This document shows positions 44,017 through 44,384 of a stretch of 44,384 bases of DNA, one piece after another (the stretch's first letter is position 1; each line of letters starts with the position of its first letter). The notes under the pieces were generated by a model, which searched no databases, was not told the DNA's origin, and saw only the letters and a list, made by a program, of their open reading frames with translations. A program made the translations under genes and the position numbers. Source of the stretch: a virus (taxonomy: Duplodnaviria > Caudoviricetes); the IMG/VR virus record IMGVR_UViG_3300010052_000219, positions 1 to 44,384 of that record; one strand, written 5' to 3'.

Positions 44017-44208
44017 ATGGAAGAACCTGCTCGCCAAGAGCGCCCGCGCGAGAACCTCCCCGAGGCTATGAAAGGCCTCGTTACCGCTTGGCAGGCGGCG
44101 GCGGAGGTGGCCGCCGATCTCGCGCACGCAAAGCGCACGATCTTTCTCGCCTATGTCGCTGAGGGCTTCACCGAGGGCCAGGCGCTGGAACTGGTGAAAA
44201 CGATATGA
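44017..44208 (+). CDS. Small hypothetical protein
   Basis: AAGGA RBS; AYVAEGFTEGQALELVK. Confidence 0.7.
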   Translation: MEEPARQERPRENLPEAMKGLVTAWQAAAEVAADLAHAKRTIFLAYVAEGFTEGQALELVKTI

Positions 44209-44384
44209 AGCGGCTCAAGGTCATGTTGAAGCCCGGCGCGGAAGGCCAGCTTACTCCGCTTCTGTGCGATGATGGCGGTGAACCACTGCCTGGCCAGCTG
44301 GCTGTGGAGATCAAAACCGCGACTGATGAGACCGCTACGGTCACCGTGACGTTCGGTATGATCGAGTTCGCACTCGAGCGATGA
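44205..44384 (+). CDS. 59-aa hypothetical protein
   Basis: ATGA-coupled; MKRLKVMLKPG...ATVTVTFGMIEFALER; stop at the window end. Confidence 0.6.
   Translation: MKRLKVMLKPGAEGQLTPLLCDDGGEPLPGQLAVEIKTATDETATVTVTFGMIEFALER

Noticed and set aside
29031-44138. Long minus-strand ORFs over the plus arm (e.g. 30737-32272, 31797-32957, 38421-39434)
   Set aside because: Shadow frames; Arg/Pro-rich and lacking codon bias, unlike 33899-34192
43908-44162. ORF MMTEGEKRAVALL...
   Set aside because: Only the first ~25 codons look protein-like and the rest overlaps 44017-44208; possibly a remnant, too weak to call

Overview
The whole window lies inside one temperate, lambdoid-type prophage (or phage genome) of a high-GC alphaproteobacterium, probably Sphingomonadaceae. 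The host call is inferred from GapR-, EcfG- and LexA-like genes and a GTTC-N7-GTTC SOS box. No host genes, att sites, tail genes or lysis genes are visible. An immunity region at about 26.3-27.5 kb (cro-like gene, short cI-like gene, five operator copies) splits two divergent arms. The minus-strand arm runs from cro through a CII-like gene, two methyltransferases, an ECF sigma, an FtsK-gamma/GapR fusion, a PRTRC ubiquitin-like cassette (ParB-E-C-F-B-A-ThiF), a BCS1-like AAA ATPase, a radical SAM protein, the replication initiator, a NusG-like antiterminator, HNH/cos/terminase and an HK97-type head module. The plus-strand arm carries many small accessory genes, a LexA-like DNA-binding domain, DUF5131, a HerA-like ATPase, an RNAP alpha-CTD protein, xis/int, a nuclease-SNF2 pair and a C39-like peptidase. 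Best candidates for new biology: (1) an intact E1/E2/Ubl/JAB cassette in a phage early operon, coupled to a membrane-anchored BCS1-like AAA ATPase; (2) a lysis/lysogeny switch made of a repressor with no autocleavage domain plus an SOS-box-linked, Cys-rich ORF antisense to cI; (3) three tandem two-hairpin RNA elements right after cro, resembling put-type antiterminators. All family calls come from recognising motifs by eye; no database searches were run.
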